From Promethearchaeota archaeon (GTDB taxonomy: Archaea; Asgardarchaeota; Lokiarchaeia; Sigyniarchaeales; SOKP01): 64,000 nt of DNA. Shown piece after piece: positions 10,351 to 21,538 of the stretch; positions within the stretch are counted from its first letter, which is position 1; each line of letters begins with the position of its first letter. The DNA is taken from positions 1 to 64,000 of the forward strand of contig JAGXNO010000002.1 of the NCBI GenBank assembly GCA_019894975.1, read 5' to 3'. Below the pieces are notes generated by a model. The model saw nothing but the letters and a program-made list of their open reading frames with translations. It was not told the origin of the DNA and made no database searches. Made by a program: the position numbers and the translations under genes.

Positions 10351-11020
10351 TATGACATTTACTTTTCTGATTACCAGTTTTATCATTTTAAACGTATTTT
10401 TTTCCATTTTTCTCTTTTTTGATTTAAAATATCGACAAGTACCATTAGTTATCTTTAAGATTTACGGTTTAATCGTGATTGTGTTAAACACTTTTGAATA
10501 TTACTTATTTCATAAACACTTAGTTTCATTTATTTTTTTTAAAATTCTTATTGGATTCTTTGTTTTTTTTTTATCTTTAATACTTTTTTCATTGAGCATT
10601 ATTGGAGGTAGCGATGGAAAACTACTTATTCTTATTTTTCTTGTATATCCTCTTCTTGTCTTGAATTTTACCATAATTCTTACTTTTTTTTTAACCTTTT
10701 CCTTGTTGTTCGTTATGCTTTTCCTAATAAATTTAGTTATTAATAGTAGTTTAAGAAAAAGCTTTTCATTTTTCCTCATTTTTAATACCCATTCAAATAT
10801 CTCAGTTATCAAGAAATCTTTCATAAAGAGCTTTTACAAGTTTCATAATTTCTCAGAATTAGGAGATTATATGGAGGAGAAATCCCTTATTAAATCATTA
10901 AATCTGGTATATAATGTTGAGATAAATAAGTTTCAAATATTATGTCAAAACCGACCACCCCTCATAATAATTATCATACTCTCAAATAATATCATTTTAT
11001 ATTTTATTCTCACAATTTAG
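10322..11020 (+). CDS. Prepilin peptidase (A24); probable start ATG 10352
   Basis: Multi-TM; catalytic Asp motifs FDLKYRQVP and IGGSDGK. Confidence 0.85.
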   Translation: MKFGKEIFIDMTFTFLITSFIILNVFFSIFLFFDLKYRQVPLVIFKIYGLIVIVLNTFEYYLFHKHLVSFIFFKILIGFFVFFLSLILFSLSIIGGSDGKLLILIFLVYPLLVLNFTIILTFFLTFSLLFVMLFLINLVINSSLRKSFSFFLIFNTHSNISVIKKSFIKSFYKFHNFSELGDYMEEKSLIKSLNLVYNVEINKFQILCQNRPPLIIIIILSNNIILYFILTI

Positions 11021-11104
11021 CACGATATTTCGAATTAATTTTAAATTAAATGAGTTTTACTAGAATAATGATTTTTAAATATTATACGAAGTGAAAAAAT
11101 AATA

Positions 11105-11494
11105 ATGGAAATTGAAAAAACAAGAGAAACTTCATGGAGAATTCAGTTAAAAAATAAAGATGAAAATATTGAAATAACCTCTGTAGAGATTAGTGGTGAA
11201 GTACGAATTATCAAACTTGCGCTTTTAAATAATGAAAGATCATTAAAGGTTGAAATGAATAAAGAAGAATTTTTCAATTTTCTCTCTTTGATCTCTGCTT
11301 TTAAAGATGTTGTTATAGGTGAAGAGACAAGTATAATTGACGAAGATCCAACCATTCTTTCCCCAGAATCCCAAAAGATAGAACCTATATCTGACATGAA
11401 TAATATATATCCTATTAATCTTGAACCTTCAGATAATAATTATGAAGAAAAGGAAAAGGATGAATTAAATCCTGAAGAATGGGATCCTTGGTAA
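11105..11494 (+). CDS. Hypothetical protein with acidic tail
   Basis: 129-aa ORF ending LNPEEWDPW, A-rich coding bias. Confidence 0.65.
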   Translation: MEIEKTRETSWRIQLKNKDENIEITSVEISGEVRIIKLALLNNERSLKVEMNKEEFFNFLSLISAFKDVVIGEETSIIDEDPTILSPESQKIEPISDMNNIYPINLEPSDNNYEEKEKDELNPEEWDPW

Positions 11495-11500
11495 AAAAAA

Positions 11501-11992
11501 TTATTTGGCTTTTATTTCAATTCTAAATTCGCAGTGATCCTGATTTAAATCTTCAAGACAACATTGCGTTTCTACCGCATTTACCCTATATAGGGCAAAT
11601 TCTCCAAATCCCGTCAATAAACCGGTAATAAAATAACAAAAATACCTTGATTTGTTTTCTAATTCTGAGGAAATATTGTGATCGAGCTCAATAACTATTA
11701 ATTCCTCAGATATAATTTTAGGGACAAATCTTCCCCACCCATGATTACTTAAAATATTAGTAAATTGATTCACTAAATCATCCAAGGATTTAGGTTTTAA
11801 ATTTTCTTCCCAAGTTTGAATTAATTTCCAACCAGTTTTTTTACCTAACCACACCAATAAGGATTTTACACCTTCTCCATAGATAGAAGCCAAAATATCT
11901 ATTATTTGAGGTGGGAAAAAAGCAAAACGATCATTAAATAGCTGATATTTGCCTTTATTAAATTTTAATCCTTTTAATTTTAGGTTTTTCAT
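11501..11992 (-). CDS. V4R (4VR) domain protein
   Basis: GWGRF, CYFITGLLTG, VETQC..DHCEFRI. Confidence 0.85.
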   Translation of the reverse strand: MKNLKLKGLKFNKGKYQLFNDRFAFFPPQIIDILASIYGEGVKSLLVWLGKKTGWKLIQTWEENLKPKSLDDLVNQFTNILSNHGWGRFVPKIISEELIVIELDHNISSELENKSRYFCYFITGLLTGFGEFALYRVNAVETQCCLEDLNQDHCEFRIEIKAK

Positions 11993-12173
11993 AATTACTA
12001 TCAGCTTTTTTTATTATATATTATTTTCTAACGAAGTTTAAATCATTAAAACCTATTTACCAATAATAATTTTTAGAAAAAAAAGTGACAAATTGGTTAA
12101 AGTAATCATTCCATTCTCTCCTAATCTAATAAGATGTTGACTTTAAATAATTTTTTAGAAATGGTTATAATGA

Positions 12174-12473
12174 ATGCTCGAGATAAATATTCTAGTTTTA
12201 GAAATTTCTATTTTTTTAGGCATTAATATCCTAATTTTTATATTTTCGATAATTTCTACTGATGTTCTAATTACTTCCTTAGGATTCTTTTTTTTCTTAG
12301 TTTTATTAATACCATTTCATTTGTTAATTGAAAAATTCGAGTTATTAATGATAATAGACAATTTAGAAAATTCTGCAATTTATAAGTTGATTATTTTTTA
12401 TTCTTGGTTAATTAATTTTATCATTGGCATTTCCTTATTCATTCAATTGATTTATCTATTTATTTATTGTTAG
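12174..12473 (+). CDS. Small membrane protein
   Basis: Three hydrophobic segments in 99 aa. Confidence 0.55.
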   Translation: MLEINILVLEISIFLGINILIFIFSIISTDVLITSLGFFFFLVLLIPFHLLIEKFELLMIIDNLENSAIYKLIIFYSWLINFIIGISLFIQLIYLFIYC

Positions 12474-12500
12474 AATTTAAGAGAGTTTTTAATTTCTAGT

Positions 12501-14024
12501 TTAAATAAAATTTATGATATTAATAAAAGAGATTAAAAAAATCAATATAAAGATTAAATTTGAGCCTAAGATAAAGGGAAATTTTCTAATGTTATAAATA
12601 AGTTTTAAGAAGTAATAGGAGGTTATTGAAATGCTTGATATTAAAACTATAAAAATTATTCCTATACTGTAAAGATTCGGGGGATTTTTGAAGAAAAGAT
12701 TAAGTATGTCCCCCGTAAATTCAAGGTTATGAATAATTATTGTGAAAAAAGGGAAAAATCCCGAAATCGCACCTGTAATTACTGGTAAGAGAAATATAAA
12801 AAAATAAATCTTAAATTTCTCTCCTTTCATAACAATTTCTAATTTTTTTCCAAGTTTTTGATGTTTATAAATAATAGCTAAAATTTCTCTTATCTTTTCA
12901 GAAGAGAAATAAGCGTTTTTATCAACAAAGTTTTTTATTGCATCCAAAATTATAATATAACGCCAAGAATTTAATTCTGATTTTAAAAATTCTATTAATT
13001 CTCTGAAAGGATATGATGAGTTTATTAGATTAGATATTTGATTCTTTAAAGGTTTTTTTAGTATTGAAATTGAATTTTTATTCTGATTATAAGATTTAAG
13101 AAAAGCTTGTTCCGGAGATATATTACTTTTCAAATTACTTGCAAAACTTCTTAAGATTGTTATGAATTCCTCAAACTTCTTTCTTTCAATCCTAGAAAAA
13201 TCATTTATTAAACCAATTAGATAGTTTTGATTCCTTATAAATTTCTTAAATAAAAGATTTAACACACTAAAAAAGAACGGGATAAAAATAAGCAAGAAAA
13301 GAACATTAATTAACTGAAACAAAATTATAAAACACAATCCGATCGGAAAAAATAATCCAATAAAGAAGAGAATACTCATTTTTGATTGTACTTGTTTCAA
13401 ATAGATTTTAAATTGGTTCTCTAAGGAATTTTCGGCAAAAAGGTCAAAATCATAATTATCGAATTTATTGATTACCAGATATTTTGTGAAGCTGTCAAAA
13501 TCGCTAGATGGTGTTTGCATTTCAATTAACTCTTCTTCAGGTGATTTTCCTTCATGAACTCTTTTGAAAACTGTTTTGAAATAAGTTGATATTGGAATAT
13601 TATATTTAATCATAATTCTAATGAAGTTTAAGCACTTGTCAGAGTTTGTTTCAGCAGTTTTTTGAATTAATGAAAAATCAATTTTGATTAAGTAGAGAAT
13701 TGAATTTAAAATCGATTCATTATTAGATATATCTTTATAAAGAATTGAATTAAATTGGTAAGATGAAATTAATGACAGAATCGCGGAATATAGAATTATA
13801 ATTAGAAGATTAAAAGAGGTGAGAAGTATTGAAAAGGATAAGGAAATGAAAAAACAAGATAAGAAGATGAAGAAACTTGCTTTGTTAATGTCGGATTCAT
13901 TAGTATTATATAATTTTCTGTATAAATTTTGATACCTCTCATTTAACTCTTTAAACTTTAGTCGAGGGGTTTTATACTTATGAAATTTTTTACAAAATCT
14001 AATATATATTTCAATATTTTTCAT
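12501..14024 (-). CDS. Pilus platform membrane protein (T2SS F / TadB-C / ArlJ-like)
   Basis: Duplicated TM plus cytoplasmic units (GKSPEEEL; LKSNISPEQAF); downstream of secretion ATPase. Confidence 0.7.
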   Translation of the reverse strand: MKNIEIYIRFCKKFHKYKTPRLKFKELNERYQNLYRKLYNTNESDINKASFFIFLSCFFISLSFSILLTSFNLLIIILYSAILSLISSYQFNSILYKDISNNESILNSILYLIKIDFSLIQKTAETNSDKCLNFIRIMIKYNIPISTYFKTVFKRVHEGKSPEEELIEMQTPSSDFDSFTKYLVINKFDNYDFDLFAENSLENQFKIYLKQVQSKMSILFFIGLFFPIGLCFIILFQLINVLFLLIFIPFFFSVLNLLFKKFIRNQNYLIGLINDFSRIERKKFEEFITILRSFASNLKSNISPEQAFLKSYNQNKNSISILKKPLKNQISNLINSSYPFRELIEFLKSELNSWRYIIILDAIKNFVDKNAYFSSEKIREILAIIYKHQKLGKKLEIVMKGEKFKIYFFIFLLPVITGAISGFFPFFTIIIHNLEFTGDILNLFFKNPPNLYSIGIIFIVLISSISITSYYFLKLIYNIRKFPFILGSNLIFILIFLISFINIINFI

Positions 14025-14038
14025 AAATTCTAAAAAAT

Positions 14039-14467
14039 CTAGTTTAGTTTTAAAAAATTAACTATAATTTGTGATGAGAAAGAAACGTTTAGAAGATACA
14101 TCTGGGGAGGAAGATTATGAAAGAAGCAATTGCTAAAACTAACATTATACATTAAGATATGACTTATATTTTCAGCTCTAAATTTGAATTCAAATATAAC
14201 AAAATATTCAAAAATTGTTATGTTGAGATCCTTAGGATAATTAACATTATTCTGGTAAGATTTGTCAGGATTATCAATAATAAAACAAACCGCCAGATCA
14301 ATCTCGTTAAATAAATCCAAATAATTATCTAAATCAGGTTCATCGCTTATATTATAGTCATTAAGTTCATTGAGAAAGGGAATCAGGATAGAAGAAAATA
14401 TCGTTAACAAAAAGATGCTAAATCCAAGAAGAAGTGACTTCTCAATTAGATTTGTCATAAAAAACAA
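14039..14467 (-). CDS. Putative minor pilin / TadE-like protein
   Basis: N-terminal TNLIEKSLLLGFSIFLL resembles the pilin at 26549; lies between ATPase and platform genes. Confidence 0.45.
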   Translation of the reverse strand: MFFMTNLIEKSLLLGFSIFLLTIFSSILIPFLNELNDYNISDEPDLDNYLDLFNEIDLAVCFIIDNPDKSYQNNVNYPKDLNITIFEYFVIFEFKFRAENISHILMYNVSFSNCFFHNLPPQMYLLNVSFSSQIIVNFLKLN

Positions 14468-14474
14468 TTAAAAA

Positions 14475-16637
14475 TTATTGATTTAAAGTCCTCATATTTT
14501 TCCATTCCCCCCAGAATTGAATAAGAGCCTCAATAGAAATAAAAGAAAAATAGGATATTTTATGAAAAAGATTGATTAAATCAATCTGGTTGAAGCTATC
14601 TATTTTTGAGATAAATTGAAATATATCAGTATAAACATCCATATAGGAGGAGAAATTTTCTTTAGATAAGTTTTCATATCGTCTTATTTCAGTAATGACT
14701 TTAGTTTCATAAAGAGCTTTCATTAATGTCCAGTCTTTTAATAATGGGTCAAACCTAAATATACTCTCGTCTATTAGGTTATCTAAACTCTTAGTCTGTA
14801 TAATTTCAGAAACAGAAATAATTCTTCTTCTATTAAATTCCTTTTTCATTAAGATTAGTAAATCTAAATCAGAAAAACATGATTCGTTAATATCGAAATG
14901 ATACTTAAAACGATTTATCAAAGATCCTATACTATTTGCATGTATTGTTTGAAATCCTTTTAATCCTGCTGCTAAACAATGAAACATAGCTTCTGCTTCT
15001 TCTTTTGTTAATATTTCTCCTAAATATATTAAATCTGGAGTTCTATGCAAGAGTGTTTTAATGAGATTGCTTTTGGAGTAATTTTTTGATGGATGATCTT
15101 CTAAAGAATCTACCCGATATTTCAATTGGTGTTTACCTAAACCAATTTGTCTTAATGATTCAGTAACATTTTCAACATAGATTTTTCTGAACTCCTTTGG
15201 AGCCAATAAATCTAGAGCATTAATTAAAGTCGTCTTACCAGTGTCTGTTTCTCCTGTGGTTGTAATGTTTCTTCTCCGTAATAAAATAAAAAATAAGAAT
15301 GCTGCTATTGGAGAATTTAAAGTACCATTTTTCAATAGATCTTGTATCGTAAACACATTTTTATTCATCTTCCTTATATCCAAAGCAAATGATTCTATTT
15401 GAATTGGTTCAATATCAATTGCAAATCTACAATAGAAATAATGATTTTTGATTACTAACTTTATGCTCGGATTCATATAATCGAGTCTTTTTCCACTATA
15501 TAATCTGAAAAAAGTTTTTATACGTTCTATTTCATTTAAAACTAATCTTATTCCAGTACGACATCTCCCATGAATCTGGTGATTTATATAAATTTCATCA
15601 TTGGGAGAGTCTAAAAATATTTCCTCTATTTTATCATCAATTAACAATGGAAAAATTTTATCAAAACACAATTTTTTTAGTGCCACCACGAATCCAAATT
15701 TCTCTAATTTCGATTCTGAAAGTCTGTATTTTGACTTGAGTAACTCTACTGACTCATTTTTATACAGTTCTATTAATTTTTCTAAAGGAATCACTTGGTC
15801 AAATTCAATAGTTTCAATATTTAATGTAATGTCCTTTATAATTTGATTAAAATAATTTTCCTCTTCATCCTTTTTAAAAAAGATATTGATTCTGTATAGT
15901 TTTTCATTCTCATAAGGGGGTTGAAATATCTTTACTTGGAAATTATTTTGATCTCCAATTTTATAAGTATCGATATTTACAAATTTTTCTTTTAGTGTTG
16001 TTTCTCGGAAATTTTGGGTTGACTTTGTGAGAATGAGAGGTTTAGCAAGCAGACATTGGTAAAAATTGATGTCTTTACGTTTATAACTCTTAAAATCATT
16101 AATCAACTTCAAGTTATCAAAGATTTTTAATATGTAGTCTAACAAATTTATAAGGTAGATTTGACATTTCCGGCATATTGGATTCTTTAATTCTTTTATT
16201 TTAAATTCGGAATATAGTTTAAACACTAGTTCATATAGTAAGATCGGATCGTAATATTCAAACTCACGTATCTTAGAAACTTTGGAAAAGAATTGAAAGA
16301 GATCGCATTTGAATTCTTCATAATTACATTTTTTCTTTCTTACATTTATAAACTTTTTAAGAAGTTTATGGATCTTTTTTAAGTCTTTATAATATTCTAA
16401 AATCGAGTTAAATTGATGAGATCGAATCAGAAGATCATTTTTTAATATCGAAATGAAATCAAATTTCTGTTCTTTATTAATATAAAGATAATACAACAGA
16501 CAGTTAAGGCATTTCTTATTCTCGCTTAGAGCTTCTCCTTTTTCAAAACATTGCTTACAATCAATCGTTAAAATCCTATCTTTTTTTCCAGTTATGTTTT
16601 CTTTTTCTTGGAAGTAACTAAGGTTCTTTATAATCAT
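14475..16637 (-). CDS. Type II/IV secretion (VirB11/TadA/ArlI) ATPase with Cys-rich N-terminus
   Basis: Walker A GETDTGKTT, LLHRTPDLIYLGEI, His box QTIHA, N-terminal CxxC pairs. Confidence 0.9.
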   Translation of the reverse strand: MIIKNLSYFQEKENITGKKDRILTIDCKQCFEKGEALSENKKCLNCLLYYLYINKEQKFDFISILKNDLLIRSHQFNSILEYYKDLKKIHKLLKKFINVRKKKCNYEEFKCDLFQFFSKVSKIREFEYYDPILLYELVFKLYSEFKIKELKNPICRKCQIYLINLLDYILKIFDNLKLINDFKSYKRKDINFYQCLLAKPLILTKSTQNFRETTLKEKFVNIDTYKIGDQNNFQVKIFQPPYENEKLYRINIFFKKDEEENYFNQIIKDITLNIETIEFDQVIPLEKLIELYKNESVELLKSKYRLSESKLEKFGFVVALKKLCFDKIFPLLIDDKIEEIFLDSPNDEIYINHQIHGRCRTGIRLVLNEIERIKTFFRLYSGKRLDYMNPSIKLVIKNHYFYCRFAIDIEPIQIESFALDIRKMNKNVFTIQDLLKNGTLNSPIAAFLFFILLRRRNITTTGETDTGKTTLINALDLLAPKEFRKIYVENVTESLRQIGLGKHQLKYRVDSLEDHPSKNYSKSNLIKTLLHRTPDLIYLGEILTKEEAEAMFHCLAAGLKGFQTIHANSIGSLINRFKYHFDINESCFSDLDLLILMKKEFNRRRIISVSEIIQTKSLDNLIDESIFRFDPLLKDWTLMKALYETKVITEIRRYENLSKENFSSYMDVYTDIFQFISKIDSFNQIDLINLFHKISYFSFISIEALIQFWGEWKNMRTLNQ

Positions 16638-16767
16638 TTAAACACTTTTTCGAAAAGAAAAATAAAAATAACCCTTTTTTATTCATCAGTGAGAACCAGC
16701 AGAATTCAACAAGAATGAAAAAATTTATTTATTTTAAAAAATTCTTTACTAAAAGTTAGTGATTATT

Positions 16768-17787
16768 ATGGGTCATCGTAAAAAACACGCACCAAGGCAT
16801 GGATCCTTAGCATTTCTTCCGAGGAAAAGAGCAGCATCAGAAAAGGCTCGTGTAAGGCATTGGTTAGACAATTTAGAAGAAATTAATTTCCTGGGATTCG
16901 CTGGTTTCAAGGCTGGAATGACTCATATAATCTACGTTGAAGATCAACCAAATAGTCCATATTATGGAAAAGAATTAATGAAACCAGTAACAGTTATTGA
17001 GGTTCCTCCATTAATTCTTATAGGTATTAGAGTCTATAACGAAGATGAGTACGGTAAATATGTGGTGGGGGAGTTAATTGCCACCGAATTTAATAATTTT
17101 ATAACTCGAAAAGTTAGTCTCCCAAATTTTGAAAAATATGATATTGAAAGCAAGAAAAAAGAAATTTTAAAGGAATTAAATAATAGCAGTGATATCAGAG
17201 GAATTTTTCAGACTCAGCCTTATCAAATTTCAATACCTAGAAAGAAACCCGATATAATTGAAATAAAGATTAATTCGTCAAATCAACCAAAAGAAGAATT
17301 TAACTTTGCGTATAACAATTTAGGTAAAGAAATTAGAGCTAGGGATGTTTTAAAAGAGGGTGAATTAATTGATACAGTATCGATTACAAAAGGTAAGGGA
17401 TTTCAAGGTCCTGTGAAACGATTTGGGATTAGAATTTTATCGAGGAAAAATAGTAAAGTACGGAGAGCTGTGGCGTGTATAGGTCCTTGGCACCCTGCTA
17501 GAGTTCTTTATACAGTACCTAGAGCAGGACAGATGGGATATCACCAAAGAACAGAATATCATAAAAGAATAATGCTTATTGGTGAAAATGAGGAAGAAAT
17601 TAATCCCAAAGGAGGATACATTCGTTATGGTAAAATTCAAGGTGATTATCTTTTAGTTTTAGGATCTATTCCTGGTCCTAAGAAAAGATTAATAAGAATA
17701 AGAAAGACAATCAGACCGATAACGTCTTATCTCGTCAAATCTCCGGAAATTACGTTCATAAGTAGAGAGAGTCATCAAAGGAAATAA
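16768..17787 (+). CDS. rpl3: 50S ribosomal protein L3
   Basis: PRHGSLAFLPRKRA, GFKAGMTH, TKGKGFQG, IGPWHP. Confidence 0.98.
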   Translation: MGHRKKHAPRHGSLAFLPRKRAASEKARVRHWLDNLEEINFLGFAGFKAGMTHIIYVEDQPNSPYYGKELMKPVTVIEVPPLILIGIRVYNEDEYGKYVVGELIATEFNNFITRKVSLPNFEKYDIESKKKEILKELNNSSDIRGIFQTQPYQISIPRKKPDIIEIKINSSNQPKEEFNFAYNNLGKEIRARDVLKEGELIDTVSITKGKGFQGPVKRFGIRILSRKNSKVRRAVACIGPWHPARVLYTVPRAGQMGYHQRTEYHKRIMLIGENEEEINPKGGYIRYGKIQGDYLLVLGSIPGPKKRLIRIRKTIRPITSYLVKSPEITFISRESHQRK

Positions 17788-17807
17788 GAATAGAAAATGG
17801 TGTTTCT

Positions 17808-18590
17808 ATGGAAAAAATTAATGTTTACGATTTAGACGGAAAAAAGAAGGGATTAATTGATAAACCTGGTATTTTTAGCGTAAAACCTAGAAAAGATCTT
17901 ATCCAAATGTCAAATAATGTTTCACAGAGTAAAAATAAACAACCTCAAGGAAGAGATATTAGTGCGGGTTTAAAAAATGTCTCAAAAGGGTGGGGGACGG
18001 GTTTTGGTATGTCTCGAGCGCCCCGAAGAAAAGGATCAGGTTTTCCTACTGCAAGAAATGTAGGGAGGGTTCCTTATGCTAGAGGAGGACGTCGTACACA
18101 CCCTATCAAATCTGAAAAAGTCATTACAAAAAAAATTAATAAAAAAACAAAGAAGTTATCAGTAATCTCCGCAATTTCAGCATCAGGAGATAAAAATTGG
18201 GTTTTGAAGCGAGGTTATGATCTCGAGCATATTCCAGAACTACCACTGGTTATTGATGATAAAATTCAAACAGTAAAAAAAACAGAGGCAATATACTCTA
18301 TTCTATGTGATTTAGGGTTTGAAGAAGAATTATTTAAAATTAAAACGAGTAAAAAAATAAGAAGTGGAAAAGGTAAGGCAAGAGGCCGCAAATATAAAGC
18401 GAGAAAAGGGATATTGATTATAATAAAAGATGATTTTGGAATTGTTAAAGCCTCAAGAAATATCCCGGGAACAGACATCGTGAAGTTTGAGAATTTATCC
18501 ATTACCAATTTAGCACCAGGGGGAGTTTCAGGAAGGTTAATCTTATGGTCTCAATCTGCTTTTAATGAATTAAATAATTTTGAGGTGTGA
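17808..18590 (+). CDS. rpl4: 50S ribosomal protein L4
   Basis: [27 protein letters not shown]. Confidence 0.97.
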   Translation: MEKINVYDLDGKKKGLIDKPGIFSVKPRKDLIQMSNNVSQSKNKQPQGRDISAGLKNVSKGWGTGFGMSRAPRRKGSGFPTARNVGRVPYARGGRRTHPIKSEKVITKKINKKTKKLSVISAISASGDKNWVLKRGYDLEHIPELPLVIDDKIQTVKKTEAIYSILCDLGFEEELFKIKTSKKIRSGKGKARGRKYKARKGILIIIKDDFGIVKASRNIPGTDIVKFENLSITNLAPGGVSGRLILWSQSAFNELNNFEV

Positions 18591-18859
18591 TTTTGATGGA
18601 AAAATTCTATACAATAATTAAAAGGCCCTTAATTACCGAAAAAACTTTTGATTTAATTGAAAGGGAAAACAAATTAGTTTTTATTGTTAACAGGTCAGCT
18701 AACAAAAATCAAATTAAAAGAGCGATTGAAAAAATACATAATGTAAAGGTAATAAAGGTCAACACTATGATTACCCCTAAAGGAGAGAAAAAAGCATTTA
18801 TTAAACTTCATCCTGATAATTCTGCTCAAGATATTGCTATAGAGTTAGGCATATTTTAG
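18587..18859 (+). CDS. rpl23: 50S ribosomal protein L23
   Basis: [28 protein letters not shown]. Confidence 0.97.
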   Translation: MILMEKFYTIIKRPLITEKTFDLIERENKLVFIVNRSANKNQIKRAIEKIHNVKVIKVNTMITPKGEKKAFIKLHPDNSAQDIAIELGIF

Positions 18860-19978
18860 TTGGTAATTATTTCTAAATAAATCATAGTTAAATTCTAATA
18901 TTTCCTTTGTGTTTAGAATCCGTAAATTCTGAAAAGAACTAAATTCTGGAATATCTAGGAGTTTTTTTGTTTCCTTTTCATTTAAAATGGTGATATAAAT
19001 GAAATATTTTGAATGATATTTTTCAATTATCTTTTGGAGGTAATCTGAATTTAATTTAGTTAAAACCACAAATAGGAATTTTTCCTCAATAAGTAAAAGA
19101 TTTTTACTTAGTCTAATATATTTTATATGATTTTGTAATAAATTCTGTTCAAATCCCTTATTAAAATTTAAGAGTTTTGTTATTCCATTCTTTTTTTCTT
19201 TTAGAAATAGCTCATTAAAGTAATTCAGAGAGAGATAATTGTCAGTTATCCCTAATCTCCATAAGCAATTAAAAATTTGTTTAATCTTTATAGTGTGTTT
19301 TTTTAACATTGTATAATTAAAGAAGGTGTTTATAGCATTTTCAGTATTAAAAAGGTCATCCTCCCTTTTACATTTCTCCGTATAAAAAGGATTGAATGTA
19401 ATTTCGTCATTATTATTTATTCTAAAAGTAAAGAGTAAATAACCTTCTCTGTTAAAGCTGGTTAAAATCTTTAAAAAATTATTGATGAAAAACTCCTGGT
19501 TTTCCAGATAATCTAAATCTATATTATAAATATCTAGTAAAAATGAGTCGTTGCTGTTTAAAACTAAAATTGAATTACTTTTTTTTATTAAAGAAGCCTT
19601 GGAACCCGACTCCTTGAGAATTGGTTCCAAAAATTTCCATTCCAATTGTGAATTCTTGAAAAACGTAATAGTGCTATTTATTCCACATAACTTTTGCTTA
19701 ACTTCATTAAATATTTTAATTAATAACTCCTTTTTTTTCTCTTCAAAATTTAACAAAAAAACTATCTTGTCTTTTATGCGCGTGTTCCATTGAATAGTAT
19801 AATACGGGATATATCTTTTTCTTAGATAATGATTTAAAGTCGATATAATTGGATTAATAAGAATAGTCTCAAACATTGCAAAAGCTATTATCTTCTTGTT
19901 TTTGTTCAAACTCTTATAATATATTAAATTTTCATCAATCAAATACGATAATAGCTGAAATTTACCCTTTCTGTTCAT
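18845..19978 (-). CDS. Hypothetical protein
   Basis: 377-aa ORF, no recognisable motif; 3' end overlaps rpl23 by 15 nt. Confidence 0.65.
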   Translation of the reverse strand: MNRKGKFQLLSYLIDENLIYYKSLNKNKKIIAFAMFETILINPIISTLNHYLRKRYIPYYTIQWNTRIKDKIVFLLNFEEKKKELLIKIFNEVKQKLCGINSTITFFKNSQLEWKFLEPILKESGSKASLIKKSNSILVLNSNDSFLLDIYNIDLDYLENQEFFINNFLKILTSFNREGYLLFTFRINNNDEITFNPFYTEKCKREDDLFNTENAINTFFNYTMLKKHTIKIKQIFNCLWRLGITDNYLSLNYFNELFLKEKKNGITKLLNFNKGFEQNLLQNHIKYIRLSKNLLLIEEKFLFVVLTKLNSDYLQKIIEKYHSKYFIYITILNEKETKKLLDIPEFSSFQNLRILNTKEILEFNYDLFRNNYQLKYA

Positions 19979-20223
19979 ACAATAAATTTTTTATTAATAA
20001 TTATAAAAACATAGATTATTTATGATGAATGAAACATTAGAAAATTCATTGTCAGAATAAGTTCTAGAAAAATGTATCTTAAAGCATGAATAAATAACTC
20101 CCGAATTAAGGAGAGACTTTATGTTTGGGTTTATTTTTTATATAATCAAATTTAGTAGCAAAAGCTTTATGCAAAACTTAAAAATTTACTCATATATATT
20201 ATTAGATAAGTAAAAACATAATT

Positions 20224-21497
20224 TTGGATATAGTATTGTTAAAAATTATTAAAGATTTTCTTTCCAATTTAAATCCTGATATAATTGTTCAAGCTCCATC
20301 AAGAATCAATTTAATAAATCCTTTAGATGCCGTAGAAGGAGATTTTTGGATGCCATCGGTAGCTATCAATGGGAAGCATAATCCATTATCAGCATTTCTA
20401 TATATTAAAAAAATCGATAAAGAGAGTAGAATAAAGATGTATACAATTAACTACGTGAATACCTCTTTTTCTATTGAAATTATTACTGAAGAGAGATTAG
20501 TGAAGAATAAAAGTGAATTGTTAAAGACACTGACTACAAAGCAGAAATTAATTTATGCGAGTATATATAGATTGCTTAACATGAATTCTAGTTTTAATAA
20601 AAAATTTTTAACAACTAATATTGAAATTGGATTACTCACAACTATTCCACCACAAAGTGGTTTAGGGGGAAGTACTGCAATAGTAATTGCGGTCCTCTAT
20701 GGTCTTGCATGTTATTTTAATATAAACAACGATTTTATTAATTTAAAAGATAATGAATATCCGATAAATAAAGACATTATTGCTGAAATAGCGACGAAAG
20801 TTGAGGATGAAGATTTAGATATTACCGCGGGGTACTCTGATCCATATATTATTAGTAGGGGCGGTTAGGCTTTTGTTCATATGTTGGAAAACTCCATCAT
20901 AAAAAAATTTCAAAAGAACCTTTAGCAGTATATGATAGAATAGATAAAACCTATCAAATTCACAATTTACCAATAGTTATTTGTTTTTCAGGAGTATTTC
21001 GTGAAAGTGGTGACGTTCACAGAAAATTAAGAAAACTATATTTACAAAAAGATCCTCAAATACAAAAAAATTACTGGAAATTGGCTGAACTATCTTGGAA
21101 ATTTAGATTTGCATTAATGAAACATGATTGGAAACTATTAGGTGAATATTTTAAGGAGAATACAAGAATCATGAATAAAATTATGAAATATGCAGGGTTT
21201 GAATTTGGGATTGGGTTAATAAACAACATCTTAATTAAATTGATTGAAGAGAATTCTAATGTTTATGCTGCAAAATTAACCGGTGCGGGTAATGGAGGTT
21301 CGGTTTTCGTATTAGTAAATCCAGATAATGTTGGAAGCGTTATAATTTACTGGAAAAGTAAATTGGATGAAATTAAAAGAAATAAAGAAATATTTGTTTC
21401 AAAATTTCCATCATACCCTATGGAAAAAGTAAAGCGCTTGGAAAATGTTAAATTTTATCAAGTATCAATTGATATAAATGGAGTGAAAAAAATATAA
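20224..21497 (+). pseudogene. GHMP-family kinase split by a single frameshift near 20865 (or sequencing error)
   Basis: QAPSRINL and PPQSGLGGS in the first ORF, KLTGAGNGG in the second; frame open from 20868 into the 21081 ORF (GFCSYVGKLHH..FSGVFRESG..). Confidence 0.85.
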
Positions 21498-21538
21498 TCA
21501 ATAGGATATTTTATATTTAAAACAACAGGAGAATAAAC

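Noticed and set aside
20840-20880. Programmed frameshift or TAG readthrough in the GHMP kinase
   Set aside because: The continuation is in another frame, so readthrough would not help, and no slippery sequence is present at the junction
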